Part shown: in pieces, positions 17,722-29,951 of the stretch
How the letters are laid out: each line of letters starts with the position of its first letter
How positions within the stretch are numbered: position 1 is the stretch's first letter
NCBI RefSeq assembly: GCF_009914755.1
Contig: NC_060939.1
DNA length: 64,000 bases
Strand: one strand, 5' to 3'
DNA from: the human T2T-CHM13v2.0 reference genome, Homo sapiens
Program-made: the position numbers and the translations under genes
The notes under the pieces: model-generated
Databases searched by the model: none
The model's input: only the letters and a program-made list of their open reading frames with translations
What the model was told of the DNA's origin: nothing

Positions 17722-18861
17722 TGAAATACATGTATTTTATTACTACTGGAGTACATTCTGTCATTGAATACCTTACCATGGAATATAACATTCAACTACC
17801 AATGACAAGACTGTTCTTTCTAGGACTACCATCCTAGTTGCTTTGTTACTACATGGATTTAAGGAAAACAGAGACTTGTTAGCATTTTGACAACAATTTG
17901 GAGGTATGTAAAAAGCTCATTTTAGTAAAGAATGTGTATAAAACTTCCTAGCATTTTGCTAGGAAAAGTAAAAGCATTAAGTGTTCACTTCATTTTTTAT
18001 TATACTTTTATAAAGAAAAACGGGTAAATCTGCCCCATCCATCAGAATTTGCTATGTTTGTAAGAAAGAAGGGCAGGCCCTTCTTTCTTTACTTCTTACT
18101 TTAAGTAAGGAGGGAGAAGGACTCAGAATCAGATGAATGGAGTACTCAGGGCATATCTTTAAGAATAAAAAGGACAGGAAGCATAGGGAAATCATCCTAT
18201 TAGTCACAAACTTGGGATAAAAGTTCCTTGTTTTTACTGGCAGTTAATTCATTTTGTTTACAATATAAATAAGAAAGAAAAACTTAGGCTTCCTAAACAT
18301 ATGTATTTATGTGAATGATTACAAGTGAGAATATAACAATTTTTATTGATCTTGTGTTTAAGAATGCAAAATTATAAGGAGGATACATGCTTTAGAATGA
18401 GAGATCGAGGTTTGAATTCCAGCTCTGAAAAGCACTAGCTTTGTGACTCTGTTCAATTCTTAACTTCCCGGGTTTTCAGTTTCCTCATCTGAAGAATATA
18501 GCAAATTTATAAGGATTTGAGATAAATATTTATTATATACCTTGCACAGAATAGGTGATCAATAAATAGTTATTAAGGTATTCAAGAAAATGAATGCCTA
18601 GAGAACTGATTTGGGTATGCAATCTGTCTAGCTGAACTGAATATTATACTACTGGGTCTCAGTCTCAATACTCAACTTCTCCTATTTCACCCACATGCTA
18701 AATAACTATAAATTGCTTGCTTACCACCCTCCATTTTTTTCCACAACACTTGGAAGGAGGACAGAAAGAGACAGCAATAAAAAAACAAATATTCCCTTAA
18801 AATAAGTAATGCATATAGAGATAACACCTTCATAAAAAACAAAAAGAATTGCTGGAAGAGC

Positions 18862-18966
18862 TTTATTTCATTTACAGTGAGGGAAAGAACAGTACCACCA
18901 TTTATTCATTTGATCCTGTTTCTTCCTCACACTACCATCACATTCCAAAACAACACATTATTTATT
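18862..18966 (-). terminator. Candidate intronic polyadenylation signal cluster (3 x AATAAA)
   Basis: TTTATT on + at 18862, 18901 and 18961, about 280-380 nt past the read-through stop, followed on the minus strand by U/GU-rich sequence (about 18850-18775). Confidence 0.5.
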
Positions 18967-19254
18967 GCTATTAAGGTGTTATGGATTTGCTTTTCTATGC
19001 TAAAGTTCCTCTGCATTCACCAGAATGCAGTAGGCTACTTAAGCCAAAGATCCAGGGCTATAAACCTTGTTCAGTGCAGTAAGATCACTTTAATACTATT
19101 CTAATCTTGGAATGCAGTTATAAAGATAGATGATGGCCACAGAGTGCTACTTACAAACAGAAATGGTTCTTATGCAATCTTAAAAGATATAAAAAACTTA
19201 GCACCTGAAAATGTGTTAAAAAATTCCAATATTCTTCCAGTCTATTTTACATAC

Positions 19255-22200
19255 CTGAGAATCTTTTTAGGAATCTGTGATGGAGAAGAATGACTCCTCT
19301 TCTTCTCTGAGTCCTGTAGTAATGCATTCTCTGCTCTACCCTTCTCCATGACTGCTGCCTGGTCTGTCCTAGCCTTGCTCTGATCCACACTGAGCTGGCC
19401 TTGAGCAGGGTCGCACCTGTACATGAAGACAATGGCTGGTTTCTCACTGGACTCTCCTTTCGCCTCTGTGAACCAGTGATGGCGCTGAACTGGAGGAGGA
19501 GGCAGCATGTGAATGACTGTGCCATCCAGGCCCACCAGTTTCCCTTTCTCTCGCTCTTTCTCTTTGTCATCCTCCTCATCTGTTTTCCGACGGCGGAAGA
19601 AGCTTTTAAATGATATCCAGCGCTTAGGTTTTGCATCAGCTGCCCGCCTGCTGCCTTCAGAGTGCAAAACTGATTCAGCTTCTGTTGACCTGGTAGGGCT
19701 GGTTGGCTTGGTCCAGTTGGTGAAATGCCTCTGCAAAAGGTTACCTGCATGGTAAGGAGAAGAAGTAGAGCGTGGCGGGGGAAAGGGAGCTGGTGGCTCA
19801 CTTTGGGGGCTAGTCACTAATTTGGAGGGAGAGGGGGTGACTGGCTTTATGGATGGGTCTTTCTGTACTTTGGTGGTAGGACTGTCTGTGGTCTGAGGTG
19901 CTTCAGCCTCACCACTAGGCTGAGATGTAAAGAGAGATTTGGGCCGGACTGGCGTACTCTTAGGTGTGCTCTTAGCAACATCAGCATCTGGAGGAATGGC
20001 ATAAAGCTCTTCCACACTGCAAGCTTTAGGGCCAGATTGAGGTGTTTCTGGAGGAGACTGTGGGGGTTGGATTGAAGCCACAATCTGAGAAAGCACTGTG
20101 CTTGCTTTCTCTCTGGTGCTGCTGCTGCCCACCATCTGAGACTCCTGAGTGCCTTCTATTTTGGCCACAGGCTCTTGAGTGGCTCTCTGGATCTTTGCTG
20201 GGGAGCTGTGGCTGGAACTATAGCTTCTCTGTGGTGAAGACTGACCTCTGTTGAGACAGTTGTTAAACTCTTGAACCTTCTGAGCCACTGAGCCCCTTTT
20301 ATGCTCTGTGCTGTTTGAAAACCCTTTAGTTTGAAGACAGTCAGTGGTTTTGCTAGTGGTGTTATCAGGCACTTTGCTTTCTGTTTCTATTTCTTCATAA
20401 GTATGGCTTATTACACTTGTGGTTTTTTCCTTCACTGAGAGTTCTCCACTTGTTCCCAGAAAACTTTTGTAGATAGCTAGATTGTCATATGCATTTGGAT
20501 TGATAACAATGGGAACTTTGATAGCATTTTTGGAACTCCGAGCATAAGTTGGCTCGTCATGAATGATAATTGGAAAAGGTGGCATACCAGCATTGTTATA
20601 ACTATTAAATTTAATTTCAGACAAATTAGGTGACTTAACAGGGATGGTTTTGGAGGAAATGTTTGTAGCTGTGGGTGATGTAGGTGCTGATTTGTGACAG
20701 TTTTTCCTTGGAGGAACATTTGGTCCAGTTCCACTAGTAATTAGTTCTACTTTAGGTATCTTTTGTCGTGGACTGGTGCTAGAAGTCCATACTTCTTGGT
20801 ATCGAATTGCACTGGATTTTTGGAAATGGGCACTTATTTGTCCTGGTGTCAATGAAGATGATGTAACTGGAGAGTTTGGAGTAGAGGATGAGCTTTTTGT
20901 CTTGGGGCTGTTAACAGGGCCCTCGAGGTGCTCACTGGCCATGGCTGCTGACACATCCACGACAGTATATGGCTTGCACAATGGCTGTTCCAGGTTCACA
21001 ACTCGGTAAGGTTTTGCTTGCTCTTCTGTGGGGACAAGGTTTATGGTTACTGCTTGCCCAGCAACATCTGTAGAGGCTTTACTTTCTTCCTTCTCAGTTT
21101 GTACAGCAATCTTGCCATCTTTCTCTTCTAATCGGAGAGCAAGGACTGCTTTGTGGGTCTCTGGAACTTTTATTGAGCTTTTGGAAGCCTGTGATGAATC
21201 TTTATCCTGATTATTACTAGAGGGACTTTCATAATTGGGCTCAATTTCCTTCATGTCCTTAGAATCTCCTGGGTTACCAGGAGATAATCCCCCATTACAA
21301 ATCTTCTGGGATAAACTACTGGCTGTCTCAGAACGTGATTCTTCTGTTAAAGAAGAATCTGGTGATGTGGAGTCAGATGACACCATGCTCTGAATGCTTC
21401 CTTGTCCATAAGAGACCACAGAATTTTCCTCATAACCATTCAGGATTTCATCATAGCTGTCATCATAGTCCACAGCACAGATTCTCTGCAGAGACTTGTT
21501 TCGCAGGGGGATGGTATTCCATTTTTTGTCCACAAAGAATCGAACAGGAGACAATGTGTTTGCTCTGAAGTTGGCAAAGCGAGGTTGCCCTCTCATGCGA
21601 ATCTCCATGGCCAACAGCTCTTCATCACTCTCATCCCAACTCTCGTGCTCCTCCTCCATGTTACTGAAAAGTACATCCTCTTCACTCTCCTCGCCACTGG
21701 AAAACTCTGGGTAACAGAACCGGCCCCCTTCATTACTAATCACTTCTGTGCTCCCACTCAGAATAACATGCTTGCCCTGAGTTTCCTTTATCCCACCTAT
21801 CATGCAACTTGGTGGAAGCTTTCTTTCCAATGATCGTTTATAGCAATCATTTATTCTTCCCAAGAATGTTTCTCTGGAGTTTGTTTCATTTCCTCTTATC
21901 TGAGGGGCAGTATCCAAGCCTGCTATCTCCTTTAACACTTCAGTTAGTCCATTATTGTTATCTGACATCTTCTTTGCACTATCATTATTGCCATAAGGCT
22001 TAGGAACATGGCTAATTCCTTCATCATCTTCATTATTATTGTTAAGTGGTTTCTGACTCAAGGCAGCTCTGTTTCGGTTCCACCCTATGATGACAGGTTT
22101 GTTCTCACAGTGTTCTTGGATGCTAAGCTCACCACATATACTTTGCCCATCTGCCACTATCATAGTGGGCTTCACAGCTATAGTGGGTTTTTTAGCCACA

Positions 22201-22391
22201 GGAGGCCGGAAATTGCCCGTGTTCCTGATGCGGTGGTTGTTACTGTGATTGGCATTAGTTTTCACATTGCCATGGGTGATGGGTGCCTTCTCAGGGTCTG
22301 GGGGAAGCTGGTGCAAACTTTTAGGTTTAAAGCAATTCTTGCATTCACCAGGTTTCCAAACATGTTCAGTAAAGGTGTTACAAGCAGACAT
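19255..22391 (-). CDS. PEAK1: PEAK1 (pseudopodium-enriched atypical kinase 1 / SGK269), first coding exon: codons 1-1045 plus 2 nt; CDS continues beyond the window
   Basis: 1049-aa ORF starting MSACNTFTEHVWKPGECKNCFKPKSLH, recognised as the PEAK1 N-terminus. NAYDNL and HTYEEI tyrosines fall at codons 635 and 665, the known phosphosites. Splice donor CAG|GTATGT at 19255/19254 (phase 2), so the final RYVK* of the ORF track is intronic read-through. Confidence 0.97.
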
Positions 22392-22393
22392 TT

Positions 22394-22450
22394 TTAAAAA
22401 TAGAACTTCACAGACAATGCTTTTCTTTCAGTGCATGACAAAACTTTCAT
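22394..22450 (-). promoter_or_regulatory. uORF, 18 codons (MKVLSCTERKALSVKFYF*), with a nested out-of-frame ATG-CAC-TGA at 22436-22428
   Basis: Read directly from the exon 5'UTR; the stop TAA (22396-22394) ends 2 nt before the main ATG. Function untested. Confidence 0.6.
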
Positions 22451-22930
22451 CTGTTAGTTTTCACTTCCCCTATGTGTTACAGCAGCTCTTCTAAGAATGA
22501 TCAATCTGTGGAGGGGAAAAGAAGACAAAAAATCTGAATGAAAAAGGCACTATGAGACTTACCATTATTAGTGACTTGAAAAAACTGACTCCATTCCTAA
22601 ACTTTTCCTTAAATTAAAAGACTGAGAGCTAAACTAATTTGTGTACTTTGTAATTTCCCTTTAGCCAATCAGCATTTGGAAAGTGAGCTTTTTAACTATA
22701 ATTTTATGCACTCTTATCTATCCATACATAATCTTCAGCTTGATGTCTCTGTTGCAATGATTCTGTGACCTTCCCTCCCAGAAATGCCTTTGATACCACT
22801 CCTTCTGTTATCCACCAATTTCTCTAACACTTCCCAGCCCATTATAGATTCCTCTTCTTCCACCTACCCTTGAATGTTTTAGACATTTCGTAGACTCCTC
22901 AAACTCAATGCATTGAAAATGAAGCTTCGG

Positions 22931-23214
22931 GGCTGGGTGCAGTGGCTCATGCCTATAATCTCAGCATGTTGGGAGGCAGGCCAAGGTGGGAAGATCCCTT
23001 GAGCCCAGGAGTTCAAGACCAGCCTGGCTAACATGATAAAATCCCATCTCTAAAAAAAATATAAAAATTAGCTGGGTGTGGTAGCACACACCTATAGTTC
23101 CAGATACTCAGGAAGCTGAGGCAGGAGGATTGTTTGAGCCTGGGAGGTGGAGGTTGCAGTGAGCAGATTGTGCCACAGTACTTCAGCCTGGGTGACAGAG
23201 TGAGACCTTGTCTC

Positions 23215-23243
<29 letters not shown>
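22931..23243 (+). mobile_element. AluJ
   Basis: TTGAGCCCAGGAGTTC, J-type, with long poly(A). Confidence 0.9.
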
Positions 23244-23246
<3 letters not shown>

Positions 23247-23514
23247 TGAAAAGGAGACCAGGGGCCAGATCATGCAAGGCCTTTTAGGCTTTTAAAGATT
23301 ATAGAGTTTATCCTAAGAGCAGTGGGAAGCCACTGAAGGGTCTTGAATAGGGGAAACAACATAATCCAATTTGCATTTTAAAAAGACAGCTCTGACCAAA
23401 ACCCATGAAATTCTTACGTATATAAGTCCAACAAAATATGTGTAAAATCTAGAATCTATATGAGCAAAACTATAAAACACTGATAGATGAAGGGGGGAAG
23501 AAGGGGGAAAGTTA

Positions 23515-23860
23515 AGCAAATTATAGCCCAGAGGCCAAATGTAGCTTATTCCTGTTTTTGTATCCCAAGGTTAAGGATGCTTTTTATGTTTTTAAATGGT
23601 TGGAAACAAATCAAAACGAGAATAATGTTCTGCAACAAGTGAAAATTATATGAAATTCTAAATTCAGTACCCACAAATAAAGCTCCATTGGAACGCCAGT
23701 CACACTCATTTGTTTACATACTCATTTGCCTATGGTGGCTTCTGTGCTACAATGGAGAGATGAGTAGCTATGAAATGTGTGACACACAGACTGTATGCTT
23801 CACTTTTACTGCTTTGTGGCACTCTACAAATTGCAGGATTTCCACTGGTGCATCTATCAG
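23515..23860. mobile_element. MER58B-like MITE
   Basis: AGCAAATTATAGCCCAGAGGCCAAAT...AAATTATATGAAATTC. Confidence 0.55.
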
Positions 23861-24309
23861 CTGTGTGAAATTACATTTTTCAAAGATAATACATAAAATT
23901 ATAAAATAAAATTATGAAATACGTAAAATTTCATTACAGATATGAATTAATAGATGAACATTTGTAATCAATTTTGATGAGAGGAAGTACTAACTTTGAA
24001 CCCCCATCAAGCACAATGTTATCCTCCCCAAAATGGAATTTCATTCTTCTCACTAGCAAACCTCTGTTATAAAATATTGTACCTAAATATATTTTGCCTT
24101 TTATCAAAAACATTTGCCAAAAAAAAAATGACAAGAGAATGAAGACAAACCCCAGAGTAGGAGAAATTATGTGAAACATTCATATCTGACAAAGGACTTT
24201 GTATTTGGAATATATAAAGAACTTTCAAAACTCAACAAAAAGAAAAACCCAATAAAAAACAGGTAAAAGATTTGAGCAGACACTTAACCAAATATATATG
24301 ATTTTTGAT

Positions 24310-24604
<295 letters not shown>

Positions 24605-25088
24605 AAAGATACATGGATTGCATTTAAACAATATAAAAATTGTAAATATAATTTACAATATTTATAATATTGTAGTAAATAAAATTTATAATATTGTAAA
24701 TATAATTAGCCACATGGAAGTGCAAATTAAAACTACAATGTGCTACCACTACACATTTATTAGAATGGTTAAAATAAAATTAAAACAAAAACAACTGATG
24801 CTAGCGAGGATGTGAAGCAATTGAAACTCATATATTGCTGGTGGGAATGTAAATGGTTCAGGTATTCTGAAAAACAGTTTTGCAGTTTCTTATAGAGTTA
24901 ATCATAAACTTACCTTGGAGCCCAGCAATCCCACTCCTAGGTATTTACCCAAGATAAATAAAAACTTTTGTTTACACTAAAACCAATACACAAAGGTTTA
25001 CAGCCAAAAGCTGGAAACAATCTAAATGTTAGGTGGCAGTGGTTACATAACTGCATACATTTGTCAAAACTCACAGAACCGGCAGGTA

Positions 25089-25380
25089 GGCTGGGCGCGG
25101 TAGCTCATGCCTGTAATCCCAGCACTGTGGGAGGCTGAGGCGGGTGGATCACTTGAGGCCAGGAGTTTGAGACTAGCCTGGCCAACATGGTGAAATCCTG
25201 TCTCTACCAAAAATACAAAAATTAGCCAGGCATGGTGGTGTATGCCCGTAATCTTAGCTACTCAGGAGGCTGAGGCATGAGAATTGCTTGAACCTGGGTG
25301 GCGGAGGTTGCAGTGAGCCGAGGTTGCATTGTGCCACTGCACCACAGTCTAAGACTCTGCCTCGAAAAACAAACAAACAA
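25089..25380 (+). mobile_element. Alu (S/J)
   Basis: Dimeric Alu inside L1M. Confidence 0.88.
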
Positions 25381-25455
25381 CTCATAGAACTACGCACTTA
25401 AAAAAAGTGAATTTTACTACATGTAAATTTACCTTCAATAAACCTGACTTTAAAA

Positions 25456-26300
25456 AGACAGCTCTGCTGCTATGTAGAAAATGGACTCGGGAAGAACAGG
25501 ACAGGAGGCTTAAAAGACTGACATAGGCAAACTAAGATCTGATGAGGATCTGGATTAGGATGTGGTGTCAGGGAAGGCAGAGAAAGATGCAGGAATGACT
25601 GGATTTTGAAGAGTAAAAAGTATTGAGGTTTTAGGTTTATGTATTCAAATGATTATGGAGCCATTTACTGAGATGACAACATTGGAGGAGGTGCAACTTT
25701 TGAAGGGAAGACTATGAGTCCATATTTTGTCACCCTGCATACAAGACAGTATATGAATTTAGGAGTCTGAAACATGGATGAGAATTCTGTGGTTCTCCTC
25801 TGCTTAGGAATTACTAGTATAGAGATATTTAGGCCGAAAAGAAAATAGTGAGCTGAGGAGGTGGCCTTGGTGGGTGAACCAGGGAGAAGGGGCTACTTCC
25901 TCTCCCCTAACTGAAAACTAACAGCCAAGGTGTGATGACACAGAAGCCAGATGAGGAAATGTCATGAAGGAGAAAGACAATAACTATTTCAAATGCTGCT
26001 GAGAGGTAACGGAAAATGAAGACTTACATACATGCCCATTGGACTTGGCAACATGAGCTCATCTGTGACCTTAGCATGAACTATTTGGTTCAGTGGTGGG
26101 GATGGAAACCAGACTGCAGTGAGTTGAAGAGTGAGATAATAGAGCAATGGTAGATAACTTTTGGAGAAGAGTAGGCAGGAAGGAGAAGCAAGAAGGAGCT
26201 AGGAGGATGGGGGTCCAGAAAGGATTTCCTTATTTTAAGATGGGAAAACCTAGATAATGTTGAATGGTAATATTGGGGAAAGATACAGGCCAGGGTGAGA
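25456..26300 (-). mobile_element. L2 fragment (continuation of about 23244-23400)
   Basis: L2 motifs TCAAATGCTGCTGAGAGGT and GGAAACCAGACTGCAGTGAGTTGA; the sequence resumes at AAAAAGACAGCTCTG. Confidence 0.55.
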
Positions 26301-27053
26301 GGCTGAAAAAACAGGAAAGAGGAAAGAATCACAATACTTAGAATGTTAAAACTGTGCAGGTTTCTAATTCAACTGTGTTTTATGGACAAAGGAATCGAAG
26401 CCTAGAAGAGACAGTGACTTTCCTAAGGACACACAGTAAATAAGAAAGACCCAGAACTGGGACTCAAGGCTACAACTACCTACAATATGTTTTGTTTTTA
26501 CCTTTTTTGGTAGATGTTTTTTTCTTTTGTTGTATATGCTCACTGTGGAAACTCAGAAAAGCATAAAGAAAATAGAAACCATATGTAAACTTATTATTCA
26601 GAAGTAACTTTTATTAACAGTTTGGGGGCAGTTCCTGTCAGTCACCAAGAATTTAAATTAAAAAATTCCCTGTGTACTTAGCACTATGCAGCACTGAATA
26701 CAAAAAAGAATAAGGCATCTTGGCATAATATCTTGTTAACCAAGTTAAACAGACTCTGATAAGAGTGGGATTAAGTTTTCTCTTTGTAAGTAGTACAATA
26801 TATTTGCTTTTTCAAAGACTAGTAGATAATAGTAAAAATAATTCCCCACTTTGAGTAAAAGTAAGTTAATTCAGTCAAAAGATGGCTAAGCTGATTAACA
26901 GCTATCACTTATCAACAGAATAGCCAAATGAGACTCACCAGGAACACCATTTGCTTATGTCAGTGTTGTGTGCACTAGGAACCCATGTTGCATATGACAT
27001 TCGTTTACAAGTTTGTGTCCATCTGTATTCATCTGGTTTAAAACCGAGACACT

Positions 27054-27132
27054 TATACATATGTAACAAACCTGCACATTGTGCACATGTACCCTAAAAC
27101 TTAAAGTATAATAATAAAAAACAAAAAACAAA
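27054..27132 (+). mobile_element. Extremely truncated L1PA (about 60 nt plus tail)
   Basis: TATACATATGTAACAAACCTGCAC...AAAGTATAATAATAAAA; TSD AAAACCGAGACA at 27040-27051 and 27133-27144. Confidence 0.9.
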
Positions 27133-29402
27133 AAAACCGAGACATGAACCAGGCAAACACCTTTAGCAAGCACCAGATGGAGCTGCTGTCTAAGCCACAA
27201 AACCTTAACCACGAGGGCTTCATTTTAAACACTAATTATATTTGGAGACAAAGAGGTGCACTTAAAGACACTGTCAAAACTATTTTAACCTACAACAGTC
27301 TCATAGAGGGGGAATCTGTACCAGATGCAGGTCTGTCCAAAGAGCAATCCTTGGGTTTTACAGCCTTTGTGAAATGACTTCAGTGGCAATCAATAACTAG
27401 CAGCTTTCCCTGCTCAACACCAACGCTCCCCAAATGGGAAACTCCAGTCTCCAAAGTTATGCTTGAGAAATAAGAAATGTGTCTCCTGAGGCACTTACAC
27501 AAGGAAATAAAACAGTCTATCCTGGTGTCTTCTATTTATTTGCCAGAACAGGTCTGATACAGAGCACCCAAATGGAATGTTTGATAAGAAAAGCTCATTT
27601 ACCTCCACATTCCTTATAATCTCAAAGCAAATCTTCTAGATGAAATAGTCTATGGGAGAGTTTAATGGCTGAAGCTGCCCCTAGGAGGTAGCCAGGATTC
27701 CATGATCTAAAATCCTATTTCATATTTGACAGTTTTCAGGACCAAAGCCCTTCAGGCTATAGATTAAGCTATTCAAGAGTGGCCTATTTCACTTCAAGTC
27801 ATGACAGCTTTTTAAGAACCTATTACTGTTTTTTATTCTCTCTACTGCCATACAATGACAATAATTAGTTTGCTTCTAGTCCAACAGTTTCAGGCAGATT
27901 TGATACCAAAAAAAAACCCCACAAAAATACAAAAAAACAACAAACAAATCCACAATGGATTTCAATCTTGAAATAAACTGGCCAGCAGAAAGAGCTGGAG
28001 CTCCTCAAGCTGGATTCAATTTCCATTAGTGAAGAAAAGGAAAGTGTGTAGGTGGGAGATTAAACACCATATATACAGCATTTCCTAAAGGCACCCAAGG
28101 AGAATCTGTTAATAATAAAGGAGGATGGAGAATGAACTGCTAAGCTCCTCCAATTCTGTGACTCCCGAAGCCCACCATCTCTCTCCATAAAATCTGTCAC
28201 ATTGCCATGGAGGCAGAGTCAAGAATCCTCACTGCTGTACGTGGGCTTTTAAGGACACTCTCAGTGAGGATCTATTGCCTATATGTCATCCCACATATTA
28301 GTCCATCTCCAGGATGCTAGGGAACAATTTACAAGTCAAGGTTCTCACTAGGCTTTTGTTAAAGAACATGTGGGTCACTTAAAAAAAAGGAAAGGAAAAT
28401 GTGACAACCATACCCACGTCACTGTTCCCAACCTTTCCTTCTTCCACAGTGAAAAATGCTGACCTGACACCTCAACCAGCTGCCAAACTCTTCAGTATAT
28501 GACTAAAAGGGTGGGGAGAGGAAGTGAAAGCAAAGCTGCAGGAAGAAGTTTTGCAGAAGATAAAACACAGCTTAAATTTGGTACACAAATGGAAATTCCA
28601 TGAGTAAAAGGGACTTTCTTGAGATCTGACTGAAAAAAAAAATTATCATTCCTTGCTATCACAAGAACATGAGGTTCTCCTATCTAAAGAAGAAACCAAA
28701 GTAAAATCTGCTTAATTTTGGAAACTTAATGAAATCTCCAGAAGCCCATCCAGTTCCAATTGTTCTAACCACAACAGTTTTTCTAACAGTTCACTGCTCC
28801 TGTCACATGGTAGTCATCTCAGGATAAGAATCATGTAACAACAAATGCACCCCTGCAAAGCAGCACCGCTCAGTTCCAACTAATTTTTAAATTCAAACTC
28901 TTTGACGAATCAGTTAACTACTACTAATAATAATTATTATAAACTTGGTAATAACTAGTTATAAGATTAGAAGTTCCAAAATGTTCCCTGAAACCACTTT
29001 AGACCCCTATTTAAGAAGGTATACATCAGAGAAGAAGTTAAAGTATTATCTAATAACAGCCAAGACTCCATAGTCTTTTATAGTTTTATTTTATTCACAA
29101 GCTTTTTCTTCTGCTTGGAATGTATTTCCTCTAATGCTGTTCCATTTGTTGAAACCCTATTTATCCTTCAAGATGCAGTTTAAATTTTACCTCTGTGATG
29201 AAGTTTTGCCTAACTCGATTATACCACATTGTTTTGTAATTATGTAAGTCCCCAGAAGGCAGGTCTAAGTGTTTTTCCTCTCTATATCTCTTGAATTGTT
29301 TGGAATACATTGGATACTAAATAAATGTTTTCACTCAAGAATAATTCTAGTTAGCATTTACTACTAAGTACCAGGCCCTTTACCCATAAAAACTCATAAT
29401 TC

Positions 29403-29710
<308 letters not shown>

Positions 29711-29928
29711 CACCTCATAATTCTCACAAAACTCTATGATAGACATACTATTATTTGCCCTACTTTACTGATGAAGAAACTGAAACTTGCCCAAGGTCAC
29801 ATAGCTAGTAAATGGCAGAGCCAGGATGAATGCATGCATGCACGTATGCATGCATAAATGGTATAGCTTCATGGCATCTGGAGGCTGCTTTAAACATAAA
29901 CATGGCAGTGTCTGAAAGACAGTCCACA

Positions 29929-29951
29929 CAGCAGCAGCAGCAGCAGCAGCA
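29929..29951. repeat. Short (CAG)n tract, about 7 units
   Basis: Direct reading; intronic. Confidence 0.9.

Larger units (their letters stand above)
19255..22505 (-). other. PEAK1: 3,251-nt internal exon of PEAK1 (114 nt 5'UTR + 3,137 nt CDS)
   Basis: Acceptor TTTTTTGTCTTCTTTTCCCCTCCACAG|ATTGA (AG at 22507-22506); donor CAG|GTATGT at 19255/19254. Confidence 0.92.

Noticed and set aside
21093-21113. KIAVQTE as an LC8-binding motif
   Set aside because: Only a partial match to the TQT consensus; too common to call.
19401-22494. Several + strand ORFs antisense to the PEAK1 exon
   Set aside because: Shadow frames of a long CDS with no independent gene signals.
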